From Plasmodiophora brassicae (Eukaryota): a stretch of 64,000 nt of DNA. Positions 36,969-47,996 of this stretch are shown here, piece after piece. A program made the position numbers and the translations under genes. The notes below the pieces were generated by a model. It had not been told where the DNA came from. It made no database searches and saw only the letters and a program-made list of their open reading frames with translations. How positions within the stretch are numbered: the stretch's first letter is position 1; each line of letters begins with the position of its first letter. The stretch lies in the NCBI GenBank assembly GCA_036867785.1, contig CP145418.1:434001-498000 (forward strand). Reading direction: 5' to 3'.

Positions 36969-37035
36969 GCAAAGTATCATATCTAAACCCCACACTGTCC
37001 TTGCCCGGCAAGCAACTCCTGTATTGAGCGGTTGC

Positions 37036-37639
37036 TCATGGTTCGGAGGCATTCGCGTGCTTCGACATGTTCCTCCATTTCTGCAGACACAACGACAATC
37101 AGTGGCAATAGAAGCATGATGCACATGCGCACCTGACGAAGGTGGACAGCCGATCTGTGATCGAATTTGTATTCGCTCAGTATCCTGGCCCAGTTATTGC
37201 CAAACCTGTCGTGTCCGAGGCGAAGGTTCTCCATCTCCTCGCTCGACCAGTACCGGTAGGAACGCGACAGTGACGCCTCGCCGGCCTCTTCTTGCTTAGC
37301 TGCCCACTTGGCCGCCTTCAGTTGATCGGCCGTGGCGGTTGGCGTGAACCTCCAAATGATGAACGTTCTGCGATTGATCCGGAGCCGGGCAAATGTGCCG
37401 ACGTCGTAGTCGGCAATGTCGACCAGCAGGTTCGGGTCATCTGCAGTGATGGCGGTCCACCCGCAACCCAGTCCGGCATCGGCCAGGCGCTCGGTCAGCA
37501 CCTCTGGGCACTCGCAGTCGGACTCCACGATAGCTAGCGCTATCTCCAGATCGTCCGAATCCATGTCGTGCTCGATGACAGAGATGTCGGGCCGGTCCAG
37601 CAATTCGGCACCCGGTGCAACGCTCCAGTCTTCTCTCAT
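37036..37639 (-). CDS. Telobox-type Myb protein with an N-terminal dynein-light-chain(LC8)-like domain
   Basis: WSSEEMENLRLG..RFGNNWARIL..Y.F..RSAVHLRQ|KWRNM after removing intron 37081-37132. The N-terminus resembles the LC8 pattern. Confidence 0.7.
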
Positions 37640-37770
37640 GGCTGCGTTTTAGGAGAGAGATCCCGGTCATGGGATCGGCCGATGACATCGGAGGCTGGGC
37701 CGTTTATGGTAGCCACCTTCTGATAACATAACACCATTCAACGCGTTCGTGTATTCCGTAACCATGACGT

Positions 37771-38668
37771 TCAATAGTCGAAGACCCCGGGCCAGTTGTC
37801 GATTGGGGCCTGGCAGTCGCCATCTGCCAAGCAGGCCTCGTAGCACTCGCGGGCGGTGACGAACTGGTACCCGCGAAAGAACGACTTGTACATGTCGACA
37901 ATGCCCTTGATGCCCTGCTCGCTGTACGTGAAGTCGTGGTGGAGGATGACGGCAGAGCTTCCACGAGGCAGGCGCTTGAATTTCTCTACAGCAGCCTTGA
38001 ACACGCTTTCGACATTACCGCCATTGTAGTCTTCCGTGTCGAACGTCCAGCTGAACGTGAACTAGTCAGCAACCAGGTGCAAAAGCGAGAACAAGCGATG
38101 AACGACCTAGCAGCGGTGTAGCCCTGCCGGTTGACACGAAGGGTGAGCTCACGGTTAAAGTCGCCGAACGGTGGGCGGAACAAGGTCATCTTGCGGTTCC
38201 TGACGCCGCATACGTTGTACACATGGTCCTCCATTTTCGTGATCTCCTCGTCAAACTGGTCGAGCGACACTTTCGTCAGGTAGGGATGCGACCAGGAATC
38301 TATACACTGTGTAAATACGCCGCGTCCTGCAATTTCAAATTGTCCTTACGATGCTCAATGTCGTGGCCGTCTCTGGTGATCATGGACAAGACGTCGCAGT
38401 CCCCTTCGTCAGCGGGGCCTGAGAGGAAGAACGTCGCTTTGATGCCCAGGCGCTTGAGATCAACAAGCAGGTCGACCGTTTCCAAGGAGAATCCGCCATC
38501 GAATGTCAACGCGACCATGTTGCGCTTGCCGCACCAGTTGAACGTCGATAGGCCATTGACGGTCGTCTGGACTTGGCTTACGCTGCGGGGGCGCCTTCCT
38601 CGAGCACCATCAACCGCCGAAACGGCCAACGCGAGCGAGAACAACGCGACAGCAACCGACCACGTCAT
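37771..38668 (-). CDS. Secreted CE4/NodB polysaccharide (chitin) deacetylase-like protein
   Basis: Signal peptide, VALTFDGG, KATFF, HSWSHP (spliced), FRPPFG, W.FDTEDY, ILHHD; 3 exons. Confidence 0.88.
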
Positions 38669-38873
38669 CGCAGCGCAAGGACAAAGTTTATGGCCCGAGC
38701 CGCCACGAGGTTGGCTCACGCGTTGCCCAAGTCCCAATTATGAATGTGGAGTACCCCAGTAGATTGTCGCCAGACTCCACACAGTCTGTGGCTGCGACTC
38801 TGTGCCGACCAAGGGATTGCGGCGCCGACGCCCATAACAAATCTGCCCATAATAACGTTACGGTTTGTTACGT

Positions 38874-39776
38874 TCAGCAATGCGATGATCGAGGCGGGTG
38901 GCGGCATCGCTCAACGGGTAGGACCCCGAACTCGTCCAAGGGATCGAGGCAGAGACGACCGAGGTTGCCGGCACGGTACTCGGCTACGAGGAACGATGCT
39001 GCGCGATCCACATCCCATTCGCCGTCGTTGCCCAGGTGGAATCTCCTCCGCCTTGCGACCTCCTCCAGCAGCGTCTCGGTGTTCGATACGTTCGAGGACA
39101 ACCCGCCCAGTGCAGCGGGCAGCGTCTTCAGGCATTGTAGCAGGTACGTAACGAGGTCATGCTTGTCCACGGAATGGTCAGGGATCGCGTGCGTCAGCGC
39201 CAGACGTGCGGCCGTCACCTCGTCGGGTATGTTGGGCGGCAGAATCCCAGGGCTGTCAAGCAGCAGCAGCCCCGGGAGTTTGTGCTCCGAGATGATTCGC
39301 GTGCAACCGGGCTGAGCCGCGACCTTGCAGGCCGACGACCGCCGGATACAGTTGAGGATGGTCGACTTGCCCACATTCGGGACGCCAACGATCAGGACGA
39401 CACGCGTTGTGCTGGAAAACCTCGATAGGCCCGCCGCTTGCTGACGAATCACGCTGAGCACGTCCCGCTCCGTACGGTGCTGCGATTTCGCAGATATGAA
39501 GAGGACATTTGCATCCGGCTGCTCCTCACGTATGCGTCTGGCGATGCCGTCTTGGGTCTGCGGCGATAGCCCCGACAGGTCCGTCTTGTTCATCAGGATC
39601 AACGACCGTTTCCGGGCCGGGACAACGGACATCGCCGCCGCATTGCACGCCGACGAGAACGGGACTCGCGCATCGCGAACCTCTACCACGATGTGCGCCT
39701 GCTTCACGCGCGACGACGCCATCTCCCGCATGGCCGCCGCCATGTGCCCCGGGAACCAGGACAGGCCCCGCGACAT
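38874..39776 (-). CDS. MTG1: Mitochondrial ribosome-assembly GTPase (RbgA/YlqF family)
   Basis: WFPGHM, EVRDARVP.SS, NKTDL, GVPNVGKSTILN, PGCTR, LLDSPGI: circularly permuted G motifs. Confidence 0.88.
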   Translation of the reverse strand: MSRGLSWFPGHMAAAMREMASSRVKQAHIVVEVRDARVPFSSACNAAAMSVVPARKRSLILMNKTDLSGLSPQTQDGIARRIREEQPDANVLFISAKSQHRTERDVLSVIRQQAAGLSRFSSTTRVVLIVGVPNVGKSTILNCIRRSSACKVAAQPGCTRIISEHKLPGLLLLDSPGILPPNIPDEVTAARLALTHAIPDHSVDKHDLVTYLLQCLKTLPAALGGLSSNVSNTETLLEEVARRRRFHLGNDGEWDVDRAASFLVAEYRAGNLGRLCLDPLDEFGVLPVERCRHPPRSSHC

Positions 39777-39993
39777 CGCTGCAGCAGCGTCGCAGTCGCC
39801 AAAATGACGTCCGGACCACGCCACCTGAACAACGCAACGCCGAAGCTACGCTCTGTCGGAAACGTTGGGACTATTATTTTATCGTGACATTTGGGCAGCG
39901 TGTCAATACAGCTCAGCGATGATTCCGGGTGAGGTGCATTCGACGCTGAGCTGCACCGGTCACGGTGTTTTGTTTGGGGGACGTACAGAGTAG

Positions 39994-42573
39994 ATGTTGG
40001 TTCGGGTGCCATTTGGAAGATGTCGGGGCGTGCGTCGGGTGGCGCTGGTTGCTGGACGGCGCGTACAGGCGGCGTCGGACGCGTTTCAACGATTCGTTTC
40101 GTGTCCGTCGGTGGCGCTGGCGAGCATGGCGCTGAGGCAGGAAGATGATCCTGGCCGGGCGTGGCACGTGTTTCAGATGGTGGTGGAGTCCAGGGCTGAG
40201 CTTGGTGTCAAGTTTTTCCATCTGGTGATGTCGTTCTGCAAACGACAAATGCAGTCCAAGGCACCGGATGTGCTAGCCGCTGCTGTCTCGCATGATGTAC
40301 CAGTGGATGGCCCCCTGTTCTGCGGCTTTCTGGACGCTTGTCAGAGGGGGATCCCTCCTCTTGTGGACGAAGCTCTGTCACTGTACTTTAAATGCGCGCC
40401 TCGTTCGCATGCAACGCTCTTCGCCATAGCCCGCCTGTGCAGGTTTGCGAAGCAGCCCGAAAGGGCGCTGCCAGTGATCCTGGATGCCGTTCAGATAGCG
40501 CCTGACCATATCACCGTTGGTCTTTTGTCCGTCTTCGCAGTATGCTGCGCTGAAGCCAGATTGCCATTCGCGGCAGACGTTGCGGAACGGTTGCTTCAGT
40601 TGATACAGTCCAAGCGCGGCGCGTTGTTGCCAGATGGTCCGGCGTTTGGCAACCTCATGAAAACGTTGATCCTGCAGAAACGCCTTGAGCAAGCGTACAA
40701 CGTGATGTCTGTCATGGCATCGCTTCGTCTGCCTATTCCTGTCCAGATGTACACTCATATCCTGTCCGCACTTGCCAAACACGGTGACACCAGACAAGCA
40801 ATGGTTGTGTTTCAGAACATGGTCGACGGGAACGTTGCGGTCGATTCACCAGTTCTGGCATCCCTCATTGCAGCTTGCGGTCGTGCCGCCGACGTCGCAA
40901 CTGTACGAACTCTCCATTCGTATGCAGCTGTCGAGAACCTGTTGCAGTCCGAGATCGTAGCAAGCGCATTCATCTCAGCGTATGATTTATGTCACGATCT
41001 GGATGCCGCGGAGAAGGTCTTCGATGCCAGTTCCGCCCGTCCAAACGTGCACACTCTCAACGCCATGATGGCCGCGTATAACCGGCGCGGCATGGTTCAG
41101 CGTGCGCTTGCCGTGTACGAACGATTCAAGCATGTCGGACTTCGTTTCGACATGAAATTACTGCACAACGTTCTTTCCATCCTTGTTAAAGCTGGCCTCG
41201 TACATCAGGCCCTGGAAGTCTTTGATGCCTTGTCCGATCATGGAACTGCTCCAGTGAGCTATCCGGCATTTGCGATGCTTGTAGGTGCATGCGGTCGATC
41301 TTCCGATTCACAAGCGCTTCGCAAGTTGTACCAGCATGCAAGCCGCTTTTCGCTCCTGAAAAACGTCATTGTTGTCAGTGCATTCGCAGCCGCATATGGG
41401 CGTTGCGTCGAGCTTGCTGACGTTCAATCCCTCGAGCAACATGTGAAAATGCTTCTGAAACATGATGCTGTTGCGAGTGCCTTCATTTCTGCCTACGACC
41501 GTTGTCGGCACCTGGAGGGGGCTGAACGCGTTTTCACTGCTCGCTGCACATCAGTTACTCGGCCAGGCGTTGAGACGTTCAATGCTATAATTGCCGCCTA
41601 CAGCCACCATGGCATGCTAGAGAAAGCACTGGCTGTGGTTCAGCATGTCAAAGACTCCAGATTGCCGGTGAACATGGAGACCTACACGACGATTCTGTCG
41701 GTTCTCGTCAAAGGTGACCGGGTTGCTGAAGCCTTGTCCGTGTTTATCGCAATGGTGTCGCAACGTTTCGTCGTCGATACGCCTGTCTTCGCCTCTCTTG
41801 TCGCGTCGTGTGGTAGACTGTCTTATGTCTTGTCTCTGCGTTCGCTCCGTCGCTACGCCCAGGAGCACGGGTTACTGACGAATGAGATCGTCCTGTGCGC
41901 GTTCATTGCTGCCTATGATTTATGTGGTGATGTCAACACAGCAATGCACATCTTCCAGTCGCGTCGCAACACCGATGTCGCTACGTTCCATGCGATGATG
42001 GCCGCGTTCGTGCGCCATGCAAGGTTCAGCGAGGCTGCGGAACTGTTCCAGCAGTACGCGTTGTCCGGGCTCCCCCTCGAACGAGATGAAACGTTCAGTA
42101 TTCTGTGCGGATTCGCTAGGGCGAACCGCATTGACGAAGCCTTCACAGTTTTTAACACACTCGTGGGCCGAGGCGTCCCGGTGCCCAGCATTGCCCTGTC
42201 TGTCCTCGTTGTCGCCTGCGGTCGGCGCGCCAATGTGGCTTTTGTTCGTACGTTATACGAATATGCATGCGATCGTTCGCTCACACAGAACGTCGTACTC
42301 GGGTCTGCGCTACTATTTGCTTTCGATGCTTGCGGCGACATTAACGCTGCTGAGAACATGTTCGCTGCCCAATGTCGGGCTGGTGACGCGGATCCGTCTC
42401 TGTTCAAGGCAATGGTCGGTGCATACTGTCGACGAGGAATGCGTTCTCACGCAGTCGAAACGTTGGAACGAATGAAGCAGGCCGGCGTGCTAGTCACCAA
42501 AGCGGATCTGTACAAGGCGTCGTTATCGCATACTCTTCGCCAAGCAGGCGCACAAGAACTTGCTCATCGGTGA
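39994..42573 (+). CDS. Pentatricopeptide repeat protein (PLS-like motifs), intronless, 859 aa
   Basis: Repeated FNAIIAAYSHHGMLEKAL / LASLIAACGR..V..LH / SAFISAYD.C.DL.AAE.VF motifs; Arg-rich N-terminus. Confidence 0.88.
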   Translation: MLVRVPFGRCRGVRRVALVAGRRVQAASDAFQRFVSCPSVALASMALRQEDDPGRAWHVFQMVVESRAELGVKFFHLVMSFCKRQMQSKAPDVLAAAVSHDVPVDGPLFCGFLDACQRGIPPLVDEALSLYFKCAPRSHATLFAIARLCRFAKQPERALPVILDAVQIAPDHITVGLLSVFAVCCAEARLPFAADVAERLLQLIQSKRGALLPDGPAFGNLMKTLILQKRLEQAYNVMSVMASLRLPIPVQMYTHILSALAKHGDTRQAMVVFQNMVDGNVAVDSPVLASLIAACGRAADVATVRTLHSYAAVENLLQSEIVASAFISAYDLCHDLDAAEKVFDASSARPNVHTLNAMMAAYNRRGMVQRALAVYERFKHVGLRFDMKLLHNVLSILVKAGLVHQALEVFDALSDHGTAPVSYPAFAMLVGACGRSSDSQALRKLYQHASRFSLLKNVIVVSAFAAAYGRCVELADVQSLEQHVKMLLKHDAVASAFISAYDRCRHLEGAERVFTARCTSVTRPGVETFNAIIAAYSHHGMLEKALAVVQHVKDSRLPVNMETYTTILSVLVKGDRVAEALSVFIAMVSQRFVVDTPVFASLVASCGRLSYVLSLRSLRRYAQEHGLLTNEIVLCAFIAAYDLCGDVNTAMHIFQSRRNTDVATFHAMMAAFVRHARFSEAAELFQQYALSGLPLERDETFSILCGFARANRIDEAFTVFNTLVGRGVPVPSIALSVLVVACGRRANVAFVRTLYEYACDRSLTQNVVLGSALLFAFDACGDINAAENMFAAQCRAGDADPSLFKAMVGAYCRRGMRSHAVETLERMKQAGVLVTKADLYKASLSHTLRQAGAQELAHR

Positions 42574-42773
42574 CGCCTGCACATGTTAGTGGAACTCGTA
42601 GCCGCCTGTCGCCAGTCGTCGTTGTCATGTTACGATTGGCCTCTGCACGTGCATGGCTGAGGCTGGATTGTACAACTTTTGGCACTGTATTAGGTAACCT
42701 GTAGCCCTCATTATCGGCAATACATCAGCAGGCATAGTACCACATCTGTTTAAAAGCGGTGACAGGAGCGTGG

Positions 42774-44141
42774 TCAGGTGGAGGACGCACCCTGTGTCCG
42801 GGACAGCTCCTGTGCCAGAGTCGACAGTTTCGCCATGATCGCGGGATTGCCCAGGTGCTTGGCAATCGACCCGATTCCGTTGGTGCGCAGGTCGGCAATC
42901 AAAGGTCCTAGTTCGGGGTCGGCCTCCTTTGCTTTGATGGTTGGAGAATCCAGGAATTCGTTGAGCGCTGCTGGATCGGACAACATCGCCATGGGGTTGA
43001 ATGGTGCCCCACCACCGGACGACGATGCCGACCTAGGAGGAGGCGACCTTGTCCCTGACGAAGGAGCTGATGGCTGTGGCCTATCGCCGCCCATCAGCGC
43101 CCCCATGAGATTGTTCATAACGTCGGGGTTCGACATCATCTGCTGGAACATAGGATTGGATAGGAAGGCGTTGAGGTCCAACGGATTTTGAGCAGGGGGA
43201 GCATCCAGCGCATCCAGAGCGGCGCGAATGTCTGTTGCCAATGCCGACGAGTGATCCGATACGGTGTTCAGCGCAGCGTTGTAACTGTTGGTCCCATTTA
43301 GATCATTCAAGCTAAAGCACGTAGCAGATACACACGTACCTTCGTTTAGCATCGGCTTTTCGATTGAGTTTGGCATAAATCATACCAAGCCGGTAGTGCG
43401 CCTTCGTGTACAATGGATCGAGCTCTATCGAGCGCTGGCAGTCCTTCACAGCATCGTCGAGCTGGTCAAGTTTCAGGTAGGCGGCCGCACGGTTCCCGTA
43501 CAGGATCGCATTGCTGGAGTCGATCGCAATCGCCTCCGTGTACGCCTGTATAGCGCCATGCACGTCGTTGTTGCCAAGTAGCGCATTGCCCTTGTTCTTC
43601 AGTTTCTCGGCAGCAGCGATCTGCGACATGTCCTCGTCGGACGACGCCGGGTGCCCATGGCGATCGAAGAATTTCTGTTTCGCCCTCTGCAACTTGTCTG
43701 TATACTCAGGCGTGCCTTCTTTAAGGCCAGCAAAGTATCCTGTTGGGCGCACGTTAACTTCGTCTGAATCATAAATCACCCGGTGCACTGGTACCCTTGT
43801 CCGCGAGAGCTTTCAGGAACTTGTCGAGGCCATCCGGATGGCCATTCCTCGAATGGATAATGGATAGGCCCGTTCTGAACACATCAAGCAGCGGAGGCAG
43901 TGCCTGCTGGTCGCTGGTGGCCGTATTGGCATCGACGCCTGTGGCCTCGCCGATGCACTGCACGGCGACCTCGATCGCATCCGTATCGATCGCCTTCGAC
44001 GCCTCTGCACACATACAGCGCCAGCCGGTCATCGATCGTCGCCTGCCGGCAGAGCGCCCGCTCGGCCCTACCTAGGCTCTGCAGGAACCTGATGATGGCG
44101 ACCAGCAGGTCGCGCTGCTCGCCGGTCAACTCGCCCGTCAT
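42774..44141 (-). CDS. SGTA: Small glutamine-rich TPR co-chaperone (SGTA/Sgt2)
   Basis: Dimerisation domain LLVAIIRFL..AIEVAVQCI, TPR AEKLKNKGN..AI..YTEAI..YGNRAAAY, and C-terminal STI1-like NP/M repeats; multi-exon. Confidence 0.85.
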
Positions 44142-44451
44142 GCCGCCGCACCCGCGACCGCCGCCAATTATACAGCGCGGTCCGCGTGCCTCACCCTGCA
44201 CCGGCTCCACGCACCCTCCCCTCCTCCACCTCCTGTCGACGACCTTATGCGATCCCTGCCCCTCGCACAGGTAACTGTCAAATGTACTCGATTACCCACA
44301 AACGTGCATCCTCCGATCCTCCACGTGACGCGCGCTACAGGCCTGCCTGCACCCTAAGTCAGGGGAGTCGGCCCCTTCCAGTCGGCCGTAACACGCGCGA
44401 CAACTCTTTATGAGTCGGATCATGAAATAGGACGTTGGGGGCGATTGATGG

Positions 44452-45336
44452 TCATTCCTGAGGAGTGACAACGACCCCGGCAGGAGTTTCAGAGGATGAC
44501 GTTCCGCCTGCTTTGTCGGCACCACCAGCCTGCAGGACGGGGCGTTTGGATGCCTCGCCCGCATGTCGCGGCTGCTTGCTGATCGTCCCCGTTATGCTGA
44601 CTTTCGGGGCCGACGTATTCGACTTGAGCTGCGATGTGAGAATGTTGAGAATGTAGAACTCCATCTTGAGTTTGACGGAGTAGACGACGGTCTTGAGCAT
44701 GATCTGGTAGGAGTACAGGTTGATGTACTCGGTGAGGAGCATGGCGATGTCGAGCACCAGAACGAACATGTTCGCGTAGAGCGTGTGCCGCACGATCGGG
44801 GTGATCTTCTTGTCGTACCTCATCTTGCGGGTGTAGTGGAGGTACATTGCCCCAAGCATCACTTCTTGAATCGCGAACATCGTCATCTGGATCTTCTCAA
44901 TGATGCTGTACCCAATCACCCAGAAAGGGGTCCCGATAACGTTGGCGCCGAACGTGAACACTGTCGTCGGGAAGTGCGAGAACACGACGTTGTAGATGAT
45001 GAAGTAGCGAATGCGACGGATGACGTCCCTTTCGACTCCGATGATGCTCAGACGAGAATACATGACGATGGAGAAGCCCGTGACCATGCCGTACCAGCCG
45101 ATAGTGAGGACAACAAGCGGCCTGTAAATCGTGCTATTGCCGACATACCACCCGAAGAACAGGTCGAGGAACCCGATGGCGAACAGGAAGTCGCCGAGCG
45201 ATGCGCCCACCAGGGACCAGAAGTACAACGTCTTGTACGACTTGAACGTGCTGAAGATCAGCCCGAACGTCTCACAGCTGTTGTAAATGGCAATTGCTCC
45301 GGTCACAACTTGGAAAGTCTCGAGAACGGGGTCCAT
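44452..45336 (-). CDS. Seven-TM integral membrane protein resembling a fungal GPCR-like family
   Basis: About 7 hydrophobic segments; LYFWSL, GWYGMVTG.S.V.YSRL, EKIQMT.F.IQE and YSVKLKMEF.IL motifs; intronless. Confidence 0.7.
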   Translation of the reverse strand: MDPVLETFQVVTGAIAIYNSCETFGLIFSTFKSYKTLYFWSLVGASLGDFLFAIGFLDLFFGWYVGNSTIYRPLVVLTIGWYGMVTGFSIVMYSRLSIIGVERDVIRRIRYFIIYNVVFSHFPTTVFTFGANVIGTPFWVIGYSIIEKIQMTMFAIQEVMLGAMYLHYTRKMRYDKKITPIVRHTLYANMFVLVLDIAMLLTEYINLYSYQIMLKTVVYSVKLKMEFYILNILTSQLKSNTSAPKVSITGTISKQPRHAGEASKRPVLQAGGADKAGGTSSSETPAGVVVTPQE

Positions 45337-45831
45337 CCCTTATCGTCGCCCAATTCCTCAATAGGTCCGTTCCGGGCAAAGGTACCGTTTAGTCATCCAC
45401 ACCAGGTACTCATCACGATCGCTATGTATCCACGTCATTATCGCGATCAATTACAATGTACCCGCGTACTACTACTGTACGTGAAATGGACACATGCCGG
45501 TCCGGAATGATCACACTGCCCTGCACTGCAGTAGGAACCGAACATGTAAACAACACGGTCCATCTCGCGGGTCGCAACGGACGACATGGCTGTGCCGTCA
45601 ATCGCCTCGACATCGACTTCAAACGCAACAGGAAATGCTAGTTGAGGAGACGTTTATGCACGCGTTCAGCGTCGACACCGATCGGGAATGGGCGTGGCGC
45701 CGATGGTAGACAGATGGATACGCAGGTAGTGGTAACTGAACGGGGTGGGCGCCACATCATGCATAATGGCGACAGTGCTGGCGCAAGTCGGGGGTGGTGG
45801 TGCCGCTGAGTCGCTGTCGGACTTGCGCGGC

Positions 45832-47363
45832 ATGGGCGACGTGATCCGCTGGGAGCGTCATGCTGTATGGGCAGGCGCCGTCCTCGTTCGCGTAGGCATC
45901 CTCATATTCGGTGCCTGGCAGGACGCCCACTGTACATATCCTGCGTTCGCATTGGACGGGTCTAATACTGTCCGCAGTGGAGGTGCCGTTCACTGATGTG
46001 GATTACTACGTGTACGCGGATGCCGCCCGCCATGTGTTGAACGGCGAGTCTCCGTTCATGAGGCACACCTATCGATACACTCCTTTGCTGTAGGTGATCA
46101 ATCAACCGACATGATTCGCTGTCAGGTTAACCACTGTATCAGGGCGTACATTATGCTGCCATGCCATTTGGTGACCTTTTCATTCGGCAAGGTGCTATTC
46201 GCGATCATGGATCTTGTACTTGGAGCGCTCATCGAGCGAACCCTGCTGTTTCGAGGGGTATCGCCTCGAGCTGCACTGTGGAGCGCAGCGACCTGGTTAT
46301 GGAATCCAATGTCGTTCACTGTGTCAACGCGCGGTAACGCTGATGTCCTGATCTGCACCATGGTCGTCGCCACGATATATCTCTTCGTGAAGCGTCACCT
46401 GGTACTCGGATCCATCATGTACGTACTGGCCGCAACGCACACCCATGTCTGTATGACGACGCAGCGTAGGTTTGGCCTGGCCGTTCATTTCAAGATCTAC
46501 CCGCTGGTGTACGCGGCGTCGTTGCTAATATTCCTGGACGAACGATACACCCGCAAGGGTCGCTCCGTGCTCAATCGTGCACGATTCGGGATGTTCGTGA
46601 TCAGTGCTTCGGTTTTCCTGGGACTGTTGGGCCTGTTCTACTGGATGTACGGATGGGAGTTTGTCTACGAGACATATCTGTATCACTTTGTTCGTCGCGA
46701 TAACCGGCACAACTTCTCGCCGTACTTTTACGCTCTCTACCTCGGGTACGGTTTCCGACGAGTGGAGTACGTTCGTTTATAGAAGTAACTGAATCCCTCT
46801 AGGTTTGCGTACCCAAGTTCAATGTTTTCAGGTCTCATGGCATTTCTCCCCCAGATGCTTCCTGTTGCGGTCGCTGCGTATTGCCTGGGACGAGACCTTC
46901 CATTTGCCTTCTTCGTCCAAACGGTCCTATTCGTCGCATTCAACAAGGTGTGCTTGGCCTGGCCGATCCCATACGGAATCTAGCTAACTGCTGGGTGGAT
47001 AGGTGTCAACAGCTCAGTACTTTATTTGGTACTGGAGGTACGTTTCCTTTGCGGAGGCCTGCTGCAAAGCTAACGTTGCATCTGTTCAGTTTGGTCCCTT
47101 TAATTCTCCCATACAGCAGAGCGTCTTGGAAACGAGGCCTGTTTCTCGTTGCGGCGTGGTTCGCCGGTGAACTTCATTGGCTGTACTGGGCATTCCAACT
47201 CGAGATGGTTGCCCGGCCCGTATTCACCATGGTCTGGCTCGCTTGCCTCGCTTTCTTCGCCGTCAACTGCATGATCCTGATGAACATTATTCAACTGCAC
47301 CGCCACACGCCGTGTTTCGACACCAGCGGCAATGTCGCTCAACTCACTCCATCGAAACAATAG
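45832..47363 (+). CDS. PIGM: GPI mannosyltransferase 1
   Basis: [63 protein letters not shown]; multi-exon. Confidence 0.93.
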
Positions 47364-47996
47364 AACCCCGATTTTCTAGTACGAGTTTTCTCTGGCCCCG
47401 TCCCGTGTCTCGTCGTGATAGTCATCAATGGCGCCGAATATTTCGCCTCAAACATAGGAATCGGTAACGGAAGAGAATCGCCGCAGGCCACAGTGACGGC
47501 TACTCCTGTTCGTTCTGTTCGTGCCCAAGACGCCGTGCCAAGGAACGGTCTCGTTGGCCACACCGACCTACGCTCGCGACGTTGGTTTGCTGGGCCCATG
47601 TTATCGTTGTCGCTGGAGATCATGTACTCCTTATGGGTAGAGCAGCATGTATTTTCATTCATGACTGCAGACAGGGAGTGACTTCTGGGAACATATCGCG
47701 TCGCTAGCGTTGTCGGAATGCGCCACCAGGCAATTAGTACGGTAAGTACCGGTACTGCGGGGGAGACATATTCTACGGGCTTCTAGAACGCAAAATACGG
47801 ACTGTCCCACTGTCCCCGGAAGTCCGTTTCTATCGTGACAGTGGATGCAGCCGATATGGCAGTCGCATCGCTCCAGGCGCTCTAATACCGGGCGTATACT
47901 AAGGGCGGTGTTGGTGTCGCGGGTGCTGCGATCGACGGGGACCGTACTAATATCCTGCCCGCAAATGCATTGATGATGATCGTCGTCGAGTCGTCG

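Noticed and set aside
47364-47996. Relatively long intergenic gap as a possible ncRNA or hidden gene
   Set aside because: No recognisable RNA motif, repeat or convincing spliced ORF by eye; an Infernal/Rfam scan would be needed.
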